DNA of 64,000 nucleotides from Vicugna vicugna (lineage: Eukaryota): positions 2,627,523-2,691,522 of the forward strand of contig MU058463.1 in assembly GCA_013265495.1 (NCBI GenBank), in the 5' to 3' direction. Positions 50,481 to 61,441 of the stretch are shown here, in pieces. The number at the start of each line of letters is the position of its first letter. The stretch's first letter is position 1. The translations under genes were made by a program, and so were the position numbers. The notes under the pieces are model-generated. The model was given only the letters and a program-made list of their open reading frames with translations, made no database searches and was not told the origin of the DNA.

Positions 50481-51480
50481 ACTCGCTACCTTTCGGGTAG
50501 AATTCAAACTTTCTATTACTAAGACGTACCTCATGATCTGACCCTCAGCTGTCTTTCCACTCCTAGCATCGCCATTGCCTGGATATCCTTCCCGAGCCTG
50601 CCTGCTGCTCCCTGCTCACATCCACATGGCCGCACCCCACCATGGACCCCCTCCACTGTCATCTGTTGGGGCACCTCGTCAGCACCCAGCCCTGCACACA
50701 GGCTCCAAAGCCTTCTTCAACCTCCAGGTGGCCTGACCCTCCCCAGTCAGTTCTCAAGCTGCCTTTTACTTACTTGTTGCACCCCTTTCTTACAGCACAT
50801 GCCATATATTACTGGAATCACATTTCCTGCACGTGACTCTGACCTCTTTGAGAGAAGGCAGCATCATATGCAGCTTGATTTTCCCAGTGCCCAAAGTATC
50901 ATCTGACTTCTCATCAATGCTCGATAATCATTGGCTAAACTGCCTAGTTTACTAATAATGTCTTTCAAACATGCCTTATTTCACCTAATATTTTAAACAT
51001 TAAGTGAAATGCAGACTTCTATGATTGTATTTTAGCAGAAGGAAAAACTCAGGTACAAAAAGTTGGTTAAAATTGTTAAAATTCAAATATAGGAACTTGA
51101 TTTCCAGTCTTTGTCTCTATTTAAACATATATATTTAACCAAATATATATTTGACTATATATGGAAAGGGGTAGATAGATAGAGATAGATTTAACTAGGT
51201 AAAATTAACTAGGTAAAATTAACAATATATATATATTATATACTATATAATTATATATATATATATATATAAACTCCTTTTAAACCAGGATGTATTAGAA
51301 TATAGGATTGTAGGACTAGACTTAAAGCAATGTAATCACTTGTGCATTCATTGAAATTTATCGAATGTATTCTATGAATTCAATGTTGGTTGGTTTCTGG
51401 AACAAGGAAAACAAATAAGATAGGTTCACGTTCTTAAAGTGTTCACAGTTTAGTTGAAGATGCAGACACATTGATAAATA

Positions 51481-51537
51481 CATGATATGTGATATGACAT
51501 GATATGATATACGATATGATATGACATGATATGTCAT
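51481..51537. repeat. Degenerate pentanucleotide microsatellite (ATATG/ACATG)n
   Basis: Directly visible. Confidence 0.85.
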
Positions 51538-51980
51538 AAATGAAGAATGCACATAGTTATGAAAATGTCACTTCCACAATAGGGGCATAAAATGGTGAAA
51601 CAGAAATACCCCATTTTATTGCAAACAAGGGAGGTATTGATTAGTGTCACTCATGAAATTTGTTATCCCATATTTCTGTTCAATGGCAGATCTGCATTTG
51701 TAGAAGATATTTCTTAACATTCAGTTATGATTTCACACTAACCCAATCTGAAAAAAGATACAGGAGGTTAAGGGCCAGAATGATCATTTTTTTTCCTTTA
51801 AAAAATAGAACCCAAAACCATATTGATAAATCTTAGAAACAGAAATGCTTGGTTAAAAATGTGCAGTGTATCAGTTGAGAGCTTACCTGAATGATTGGGA
51901 ACACATCATCTACCTGGTTAGCATGTGCTTTAACCCTACTGAATCAGCCATTAAAATGATTCCATATTGAAAAGAAGGCA

Positions 51981-52676
51981 ATATGACCCAGGAATCCTGC
52001 TCCTGGGCATATATCAAGAAGGAACCCTACTGCAAAATGACACCTGTACCCCAATGTTCATAGCAGCATTATTTACAATAGCCAAGACATGGAAACAGCC
52101 TAAATGTCCATCAACAGATGACTGGATAAAGAAGAGGTGGTATATTTATACAATGAAATACTACTCAGCCATAAAAACTGACAACATAATGTCATTTGCA
52201 GCAACATGGATGCTCCTGGAGAATGTCATTCTAAGTGAAGTAAGCCAAAAAGAGAAAGAAAAATACCATATGAGATTGCTCGTATATGGAATCTAAAATA
52301 AACAAACAAACAAAAACCAAACAAAACATAAATACAAAACAGAAACAGATTCATAGACATAAAATACAAACTTGTGGTTGCCAAGGGATCGGGGGCTGGG
52401 AAGGGATAGACTGGAATTTCAAAATGCAGAATAGATAAACAAGATTATACTGTATAGCACAGGGAAATATATACTACATCTTATGGTAGCTCACAGAGAA
52501 AAAAATGTGACAATGAATATATGTACATTCATTTATAACTGAAAAATTGTGCTCCACACTGGAATTTGACACAGCTTTGTAAAATTATTATAAATCAATA
52601 AAAAATGTTAAAAGATAAAATAAAATAAAATAATGTAAAATAAAACAAAATGTAAAAATATAAAAAAAAGAAAAGG
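51981..52676 (+). mobile_element. Young LINE-1, 5'-truncated; uninterrupted ORF2 C-terminal reading frame
   Basis: ORF 51967-52296 gives 'YDPGILLLGIY...[30 protein letters not shown]', the L1 ORF2 C-terminus; 3' UTR, A-rich tail; TSD aaagaaggca at 51971-51980 and 52677-52686. Confidence 0.97.
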
Positions 52677-52689
52677 AAAGAAGGCAGAT

Positions 52690-52872
52690 TCTTGAGCCAG
52701 ATGGCCTGACTTTACACCTTACTAGCCACAGGACCCTAGCTAAGTTACTGAAGCCTCACTGTGCCTCAGTTTCTTCATGTGTAAAGTGAGGATCACAAAA
52801 ATAATTGGCTCATAAGGTTTTCCTGAAGTATATATCATTTGATAAACATAAAGTCCTTAAGACAGTGCTTGG
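52690..52872. mobile_element. MIR SINE, split by an LTR; resumes ~53344-53370
   Basis: 'ctgtgcctcagtttcttcatgtgtaaagtgagg...taagacagtgcttgg' continues as 'cacacagcaaacactaagtaaatatta' after the LTR. Confidence 0.8.
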
Positions 52873-53338
52873 TGTTGGAAGAAGTAACCCACCACTGTCC
52901 CCGAGCATCCCTGCACCTTTTTGTGGGAGATGCCAAGAATACGAGGCCCTGATGGCTCTTTATCAGGGCTGCTTTTTGGGATTGCCTTTACAGCAAGTGA
53001 CTTTGCGATGAGACCATGTCTCCCTCTGAGACAAAGCGCACCCTTGCTTGCTGCTTGCTATGAAACAGCGAGTTCCCCACTCCCGGTGTTTCTCTCCCTC
53101 AGTACAACCAGTGGCAAGTGCAGGCATCCATCTGGGCTCAGACTGCATCACCCCTGTGGGACTTGGTGGACAAGTGAAAATGATGAAAACGTGTGCTAGT
53201 TTTGCTTGCTCTGTTATAAGCAATAGAGTCCTTTGTCTCTGACCCACAAGTCTCTTGTCTTCTGCCAGCATCCATGAAAGACTAGTAGATTAAATGATTC
53301 GCTTTTAAGGAGGATAAAACCAAACCCTAAACTCAACA
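52873..53338 (+). mobile_element. ERVL solo LTR (LTR40-like)
   Basis: TG...CA termini, 5-bp TSD cttgg / gttgg, 'aatagagtcctttgtctctgacccacaagtctcttgtcttctgccagcatccatgaaa' resembles the LTR40 3' part. Confidence 0.75.
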
Positions 53339-54349
53339 GTTGGCACACAGCAAACACTAAGTAAATATTAAGTGTAGGGGGGAGACTCTGTCAATGGGAG
53401 CTGGTCAGGCCTATGAAGACAAGATTGAAGGATGAGACTGACAAATGCATCGGGGGTGATTCCTGAAATGGCTGCTGGTTCTCCCCTCTGTCTCCTCCCA
53501 CTTGCCTTCCTCCTTAGCCACCATTTATACCAGTAGTTTTTGAGCCAGAAAGTCCCGCTAAAATTGTCCCTTGGCAACAAGATCTGCAGTCAATCTAATA
53601 GCTTTTCCTCGACTCACCTGCCTCTGAGACTGTTTGGAGAGTGGGAACAATGAAAGGAATTTTGCCACGCCTAACAAAGGGTTAGGGTAATTAAAGTTTA
53701 CCAGTTGATATAGTAGCTTTTTTTGTGTGTTGGTTTTAAAGAAATTACCAAGAAAGACCCAAAAGCTAATGAAGGATCTATGGGGCTGTAGAGAAATGAA
53801 ACAATATCAATCGATATTTTTGAAAAAAGCACCAAGGGTCATACTATCTCGGACATTTCCCAAGGGGGACTTCTGGAGCAAAGAATTGTATGGAAAGGAA
53901 GAGGTCCTGAGAAGTTAAAGTGAGGGCTGGAGACCAAGGGCTTACATCTCTGTATCCCTCAGACGATGGGAGCAAGAAAGCGCAACCTCTCTCATCTTCC
54001 CCTCCTGCAGGCTCCACACTTTCTTCATTCCCTGCCAATGCATTGTGGGCCTATGAGGACAGAGCTGGTACCAAAGCACAGTAGACTAGGGAGAAGGCGA
54101 AGGGGGATATTAGGGTCCGTGGCAGACAGAGAACGGGCCCCCAGGAGGTCACCATTGCATCAGCAGTCACCGGCAGTTACAGGTAGTGAGGTAACTGGCA
54201 TGTTAAATAAAATCTCTAGTGAGATAAAGTTTGAGGGGAGGGTGCCAATTAATCAAGCAATCTTGTCATCTGACACTTGGAGTCAATGCCCATATCTTTC
54301 TCAATGGACAGTCTCACAGAAAAAACAAGGTTTAAATTTTAGACTCATT

Positions 54350-54590
54350 ACTGAGACCAGAGCTGGACCGAACAGAAAGAGCAGTGCACTGGGGTCAGAA
54401 GACCTGAGGGGTTTTACTGCCTCTGTCACCTCCTCATCCAATGACCTTAGGCAAGATGCTGGCCCTGAGCTTGAGTTTCCTCTTCTCTAAAGGAAAAATA
54501 AACACTAACTCACACGGTCCTGGGAGCGTGGCCAGGATAATGGATGCAAAGTTCTTGGACACTGTAAATTGTGAAGTATTACATCATGAG
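54350..54590. mobile_element. MIR SINE fragment
   Basis: 'gcactggggtcagaagacctg...atgaccttaggcaag...agtttcctcttctctaaa'. Confidence 0.75.
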
Positions 54591-55193
54591 AGAAAAAAAA
54601 ATATGAAAAAAATCACTTTCTGAATTAAGTCCTACAGTTTTCATAACTGTGTGAGAATATGGCCCTATGTTAATTATCCTAAGATCAAGCAGTTTGAAAC
54701 TTCAGTATATGAGTAGTCTGAAAACAGAAGCCAGATCACATGACTATAGGTACCTACTCATTATGTTTAAGTACCACAAACATGAATATTTTGAGATTAT
54801 ACCCATGTTTATAAGTAGACCACAGAGCAGGAGTTGACGCTGCCATTTCTCTCACAAAAGTGGTCTTGAAACAGAAAGCATCAATGTTTCTCGGAATTAG
54901 ATTTTCTTGAAATATTATCCCTTTGAACATGTTACCAGGGAACCATCAATACTTCGAATACATGAAAATTCACACATGGGCATCAAAGAAATGCCTTTCC
55001 TCCATCAAACAACTCTGCTGGTGGCAAGGTGAGGGTGGTACCTGTCTGTGCATCCCCATGAATGCTCACATCCTCATGGCATGGAGAGATTCTGGCAGCC
55101 TGAAATATTTTGCATAATAATTTATATCAGACTGAAAGAAGCCTACTATGGTTAATAACTTGGGGATAAAGAACTATATTCACCTCTTGAAAT

Positions 55194-55371
55194 AAGGTTG
55201 CCTGAGAAAACGCAGGGTGCCTAGTTAAATTAGAATTTTAGATCAGCAACAAATAATTGCAATAAAATGCAACATTTGGGACATACTTTTACTGAGATAC
55301 TGTTTGTTGGTGTTCTGAAGTTTGAACTGAACCAGCAGACTGTCTTTTTATTTGCTAAGTCTGGCAGCCCT
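55194..55371. mobile_element. MER53-like hAT MITE
   Basis: Inverted termini 'aaggttgcc' / 'ggcagccct'; 'agttaaattagaattttagatcagcaac' and 'tttatttgctaagtctggcagccc'. Confidence 0.8.
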
Positions 55372-55729
55372 GTACCTGAAGTGGTGAAATGCTTCGTGAC
55401 TTCCCATCCTAGGGATCTCACTGCACTCAGTTAACTCCAGGAGGAAAACAGCTCTGCCCCTTGGTCTCTGTGGGACTTGACACTTCCCCTTGTTCTCCCT
55501 GACGCTGACAAGGGGGAGATTACATAGCCTGTCATCAGACCAATTGTGCCTGCAGTAGGAGATATTAAAAATCACGTGGCTGCCTGAAACGGCTTAGACT
55601 TCATCAACGACATTCTTCTCTTCCACTGGAAAGGCTTGGAAATCAACACCTAGGTACAAACACAACTTCCCTTTCTGCAAGAGAGTAAACGGAAGCTCCT
55701 AGAAACTCCAGAGTCTAAATCTACCCAGG

Positions 55730-56680
55730 ATGAGTAATTGCAGTAATGATTACTGTTTATGTGGTCTTGTTTTGACATTTCTTTGATTATTTTTTAAAAC
55801 AATGCCATAGCTACAGAGCTAATTGGAATCTAATTATTTCCACATAGATTAGTGTTCTCAAGGCTCTGTCTCCGACGGGTCATGAGATGGTGGTCTCAGA
55901 TCAGCTTCTTGTCGTTTACATGATTAAAAAAAATAGGGAAAGTGTACTATGCCGCATAATTAGCCATCTTAATTAAAAACTGGACCAAGATATCAGCTGT
56001 AGTGGTGGCTTGACAAACCCCTGAGGGCGACCATAGACTCCACTGCCTTCTGATGAGAATACGAATCTGGAAATATCCACTTCCATTATCTCCATTAAGA
56101 CGAGATGCTTTCAGGGCTGATAATCCACTCAGGCCTGGTAATCATTTTCATGAAGGTCTGGTGGCGAGGAGGAGGACTGGAGAGTCTGGTAAACATGCCC
56201 TGTGATTTATGGTTCCGTCTAATAAGCTAGTATTCAAAATTACTGTTAGACCTCTGGAGGGGATTCCAGGGCTCCTTACCATCCGTAGGAGGCCCAACAT
56301 CCTTAAAGATCACAAGGTAATTTGCAATTCTCACAGCCGTCACATCTGAGAATTTTCATGGGGGATGCATTATAAGGGTTTTTTTTTTAATAAAAAGCAA
56401 ATAAAAGTAATTGATTCAGCTTTTATTTAGCTGCCACCCCAAACAAGTGAGAGAAGAGAGGCTCTCTACTCTAGCACTGGAATAAAATGCAAACTATCCC
56501 TTTTGACACTTCTTGCAGCTAAAATTGTACAAGTTTTGGACAACTGCAATGTAATTACACCAACTGAAATGTGCGTAGATAAAGGAGTAAATATTCTTCC
56601 AACATGTATGACTATGCTGTTGCACCTATCAATCTGACCACAAATCAGCCTTAATAATAAGATATTCTAATTTTTTTGTA
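55730..56680. promoter_or_regulatory. Candidate developmental enhancer block
   Basis: ~1 kb without recognisable repeat; GTAAACA (56189) next to TGATTTATGG (56203); many TAATT and TGACA motifs. Confidence 0.4.
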
Positions 56681-57231
56681 TTTAGTTATTTTCATGGTTT
56701 TTCAGAGTAGCTGATAACTCAAAGGTAGAGAGGATGGGTCCATGAGTTTATTAGACGTACTAACCTCTAGAAAGGTTTTGAGAAGTTTATAATACAACTA
56801 CAGGCATAAAAACGAAGTGAAGACACAAAATCTAAGGATTAAATAAGGTAGTGGGGAGCGGAGGCAGGGAAAAAAAGTGCTGAGAGCCATCCAGGGGGCC
56901 ACGGCTGTGGGGAAGTAAATAGTGTGCTAAGCTGAATCGCACTTGCTAGCGACTAGAAGAGAGAAGAAAGCAAACAGATCATAGAGTTTTCATTGCCAAG
57001 TGGTAAGAGGTATCCCGTTCCCATTCGCCGGTGTCCTAGATGTGCTGTGCTGTGATGCTGTGAATGCTGTCCCCTCAGTGAAGGTGGGGAAGTGTGTGAT
57101 GTCATTAAGGGTGTCCTTGTACATGGACTTGACAGAGGCCTGATGTTTCCAAGAGGCTTTCAACACTGGATCAGAGCTAAGGGAGCTCACAGGCCAGGTG
57201 CTCTAAACTCACCCCTCCCTGAGTCTCTCCA

Positions 57232-57423
57232 AGGTGGTGGTCTTCAAACACGTTGACCACCACCCACATTCATCAAGACAGTACCTCCTCTACGATGCCT
57301 CATTCAGATGTTTTCTGTTCTATTTTATATTCATGTATTTTTTAAAGTATCAGTCAAAACTCACTAAATTGACTTTTTGAACCACTAATGAATGGATGGA
57401 GACCCACAGTTTGAGAAACACTG
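57232..57423. mobile_element. hAT-Charlie type MER fragment
   Basis: Ends 'gacccacagtttgagaaacactg', a typical Charlie-group terminus. Confidence 0.6.
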
Positions 57424-57624
57424 CACTAGCAGGCGTAACATTTTCCTAAAATAAAGACAATGGTAAAATGTAGTGGATTTTGTATTCATATAAATATGTA
57501 AATGTCTGCATACATCTGCCAGTATGCATATCATATTAAAATGTATGTGTAAAATTTTGCAGATGTGGTAATAACTTGCTTAAGTTCATGAGAAATCTTG
57601 AAGTAGGTTTAAACATACATTTTT

Positions 57625-57695
57625 GGATTTTTATTAATTGAAGTATGGTTGGTTTACAATGTGTTAATTTCTGGTGTACAGCATAGTGATTAAGT

Positions 57696-57729
<34 letters not shown>

Positions 57730-57837
57730 CCTTTTCATATTGTTTTTCATTATCGTTTATTTCAAGGTCTTGAATATAGTTCCCTGTGCTGTACAGTAGG
57801 ACCTCGTTGTTTATCTCTTTTATATATAGTAGTTAGT
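57625..57837 (-). mobile_element. Young LINE-1 3' UTR fragment
   Basis: 'attgaagtatggttggtttacaatgtgttaatttctggtgtacagc...'; TSD-like aa(a/g)catac(a/c)tttt at ~57611 and ~57838. Confidence 0.9.
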
Positions 57838-58379
57838 AAGCATACCTTTTAATCGTACAGTTGAATGAAACTCATATTCAGTGTTAAAATTGTAGCATGT
57901 TATTTTCACTCATTTCATAGATTTCAGCTTGTCTTTTCACACAAAGAGATTTCAATTAATGTAAATAATTAAGCCAGCTAAGTCTTTTGAATTCTTATTA
58001 CCTAAGTTTCTCCTACAACTTACTCTGATAAGCTTTCCCCAGTTCCCAGGCAAAGTCTGTGCTGTGAAACATCCAAGTGGGTCTTTTATAAGTGTCTGTG
58101 TCTCAGTCTAACACATCATTTATTCAGATGTGATTTAGACACAACATGAGCATTAGCTTGAAAATGTTATTCTTCCTGCATTTTCCCAAATGACCAGTAT
58201 TTAAAAAGAAAATCACCCAGTTAGATCTCCCTTCTTAACCGCATACTACTATTTCCTGACTTCGTTTTTCTCACTCTCTGTCACGTAAAAGAATATCAAA
58301 TCTCTTAGGGCAGGTTGTTAGCCAGGTTTTGCCTTCATATAATGTCAGCTTTTCCCTTTGTTTTCAAATCTACCATAAT

Positions 58380-61030
58380 TGAAGCAGTCCCATTGACTAG
58401 GTGTGCTTGAGGGGAGATTGGGCTGGCACACCAGGAAAGGCGTCCAAACGTGCTGATATTTGGATTGAGATGGGTAAGAGGCCAGCCTGAGAGAGAGGCA
58501 GGGAAAGGTGTCCCAGAAAGAGTGAAACTTTCTACAAGGAGTTCAAAGTCATCGGGAACAGCTAAAGAGTTTGGGCTGAAGAGAAATGGAAAGTCATGGT
58601 CCACATGAAGGCAAAGGCTGGATTGGAAATTTGTTATTTATTACACAGGCCAGGGAGAGACTCTGAATGTTTCCAAGTAGAGGAGTGACATGATTAAACT
58701 TTCATTTTAGAGACATCACTTTGACTGAAACGTAGAGACCGGATTCAAGGAGGTCAAGATGCGAGCCTGAGAGTTCTGTAAGAGGCCGTGGCAGTAATCC
58801 AAAAGAGAAATAAGGACGGCTGGATTAAGACATCGGTGAAATTGAAGGAAAGGACATGGGCTCAATAAGACATAACAGAAGCCAAATGTCTGGACCTCCT
58901 GGAGACTGGAGGTATATTGGTGGGTAGTGTTTGGGAGGGTGGGGCAGAGGCAGAGAAGAAGGGGTCTGATTCTTGGCTTCTGGTCTGGACATCTGTAAAA
59001 AAGGTGGTGCTCCTAACACAAGGATCAAATTGTGCAAAAAAGATGATGAGTTCACCCTAAAAGGGTTGAAGTGGGGATTCCTCTTGCCCTTCTCCACGGA
59101 GACATTCAACCGAAGAGCTAACTTTCATGAAACACATGCCCACTATGTGTTAGGTACCAGGCCAAGCATGTCACTTGTATCAACGTCAGCTTCTAAAGAC
59201 TCTTAGAAGAATGATTATTATCCTCATTTTATGTCTTAGAAAAAAAAAAAACTGAGCCTTAGGAAATGAACTTATTTGCCCAAGGTCTCCGAGCTGGTAA
59301 ATGGCTGAGCAAGGGCTCAAGTTCAAGTCTGTCTGATTCTGTCTGTGTGTCTTAATCCCCCTGCAACATGGGACTGGTGAAACAGAGACCCAGCACCAGT
59401 GAGACATCGGTGGTAGTTGAAGTTATAGTTGTGAGTGATGCTACCTAATTAGAGTAAATGCAGTAGAGAGCAGAGGCCCAAGGAAGAGCCCCAAGGAACA
59501 CTGACACGTAACACACACACTACAGATGAGTGGTCTCCATTTGTCCACAGACATACAGCTTGTTTGGCTGGCACAACATTAAAAAACAAAACTTGGATTT
59601 GAATGCCTTCTTCAAGGGTAGGAAGCACTCTGCTCTCCCTCATGTCTCCTGCATCCCCCTTTGCTTACCAGTGGCTCCTTCATACCTATGCATGTTTAGC
59701 CAGGCCCCTAGAAGCGGGAGAGTTGCAACCCCTAAAGGCTGTAGAGGAAGACAAACCCACATAGCAGAGAAAAAAATCAGTAAAGAGACAGTAAAAGAGA
59801 AATACTAGGAGAATGTGATTTTGTGAAAGTTGAAGAAGGAGAGAGTTTCAGGAAAAAGGGGACAGCCATCCACATTAAATGTCACAGATGGTCAAGTAAG
59901 ATGAGAGAACTGTGTCTATTGAATGTGGCAATCTGGTGGCCACTTAGAATCTTAGTAAAGGGCGGTAGAGTGGGTGGAGTGGGTGGATGGGTAACAAAGT
60001 TAGATCACTGTGGGGTAAAGAGTTAACGCATATGGAGGATTGGAAATAGATGGTTTAGGGTCTGCTTTAAGAAAGCATGCATAGCTCTGAAGGGAAGGAA
60101 CTAGATGGTAAGTAACCCATGGGAGATGTGTGGTCAGATAGGAACTTTTGCTCTTAGAATGGGAAATATCAGTGCATGGCTTAATGCTGAGGAAAAAGAG
60201 CTGCAGGGATGATCTCCTGGGGTTATAGGGGAGAGGAGATGGTGGGTTCAACAGTGGTGTTTAGAAGAGATCCTGCACATCAAGCATTGCCTTAAGACAT
60301 TAGGGACATAGAAGTGAAATACAAGACAAAGTCCCTGTTCTCACAGAGGTTACATTGTGCAGGGAGAAGGCAGCCAAAAGATGAATAAATAGATGAAATA
60401 AATAAGTAATTTTAGATAATGTCATGATAGAGACTGGAGGTTTCCTTTTTGTATTTTTTCGGGTTGTAGGGGGGGCTTTGTATTGGGTATTTGGGGAAGT
60501 CTTTTCAGAGGACTGACATTTGAGCTGAAATTTGAATGAAAACAGGAGCTAGCCATGGATGCTCTGGGAAAGAGCATTCTAGATGGAACAAATAGCCAAG
60601 GTTGCATCTAGGGTGGGCGTGAGCTTGGTGTGATTAGGAAACAGAAAGAAGCCACGGTGATTCAGAAACTACTCTGTGGTGAGAGATGAGGTCAGAGAGA
60701 TGGGTGGGGTCTGGCAAATGGCACCTTGTAGTCTACAGTGAGGAGTTTGCGTTTGATTTAAGGTGTGGTCTTTATTAAAGGGCTTTAAGCAGGAAAGTGC
60801 TATTAACTCCTAGGAGGTGAGAGAGGTGGATCCCAGCACAAAGTAGAGGAATGAGCCTTGAACTGGTGTGTTGTCACCTCTTCCACTGAGACGTGGGAGT
60901 CAGGGAAGAATAGGTGGAAATGGAGCTATTTATAGGTAGCGTAAGAGGAAGCTGAAGGGGTTAATATTTCAGGACATTGATTTTCTCAATGATGCTAGAA
61001 GCAAGATGATCTGCTAAGAGTGAACGGCGA
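58380..61030 (-). mobile_element. Long LINE-2 tract with nested MIR (~59130-59370), hAT MER (~59520-59733) and second L2 (~60290-60810)
   Basis: Antisense L2 motifs ('aggagtgacatgattaaactttcattttagagacatcact', 'ggtcaagtaagatgag', 'gacatttgagctgaaatttgaatga') with intervening MIR and MER-like sequence. Confidence 0.7.
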
Positions 61031-61049
61031 AACTGTGGTGTACAAGGTG

Positions 61050-61441
61050 ATATTAACCTGATATGGTTGCCAGAATAAAATGCCATTGACTGGGTGGTTT
61101 AAATCACCCAAACTAATTTTCTCACAGTTCTGGAGGCTGGAAGTTCTTGATCAAGGTGCCAGCCAGTGTGGTTTCCAGTTAGAGCTTTCCTCTCAACTTG
61201 AAGACGGCCAGCCACCTTCTTACTGTGTCCTCCTGAGACTGAGGAAGTTGGGAGAAAGAGAGCTCCGGTGTCTCTTCCTCTTCTTACAATGACACCAGCT
61301 CTTTCGGATTAGGGCCCCACCCTTATGACCTCATTTAACCCTTATCACTTCTTCACAGGCCTTGTCTCCAAATAAAGTCACCTTTGGGGTTAGAGCTTCA
61401 ACAAGTGAATTTTTGGGGGGACACAAATTCAGTCCATGACA
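61050..61441 (-). mobile_element. MaLR solo LTR (MLT1A-like)
   Basis: 'ttctcacagttctggaggctggaagt...gacctcatttaacc...gggggacacaaattcagtccatgaca'. Confidence 0.9.

Noticed and set aside
51967..52296. 109-aa ORF as a host gene
   Set aside because: It is the C-terminus of L1 ORF2 inside a truncated L1.
54162..54200. CAGTTAC...GTAACTG hairpin containing 'tgaggta'
   Set aside because: Short stem; resemblance to the let-7 5' end does not extend.
53966..54490. 174-aa ORF
   Set aside because: Runs into a MIR, no convincing splice context or recognisable domain; compatible with chance.
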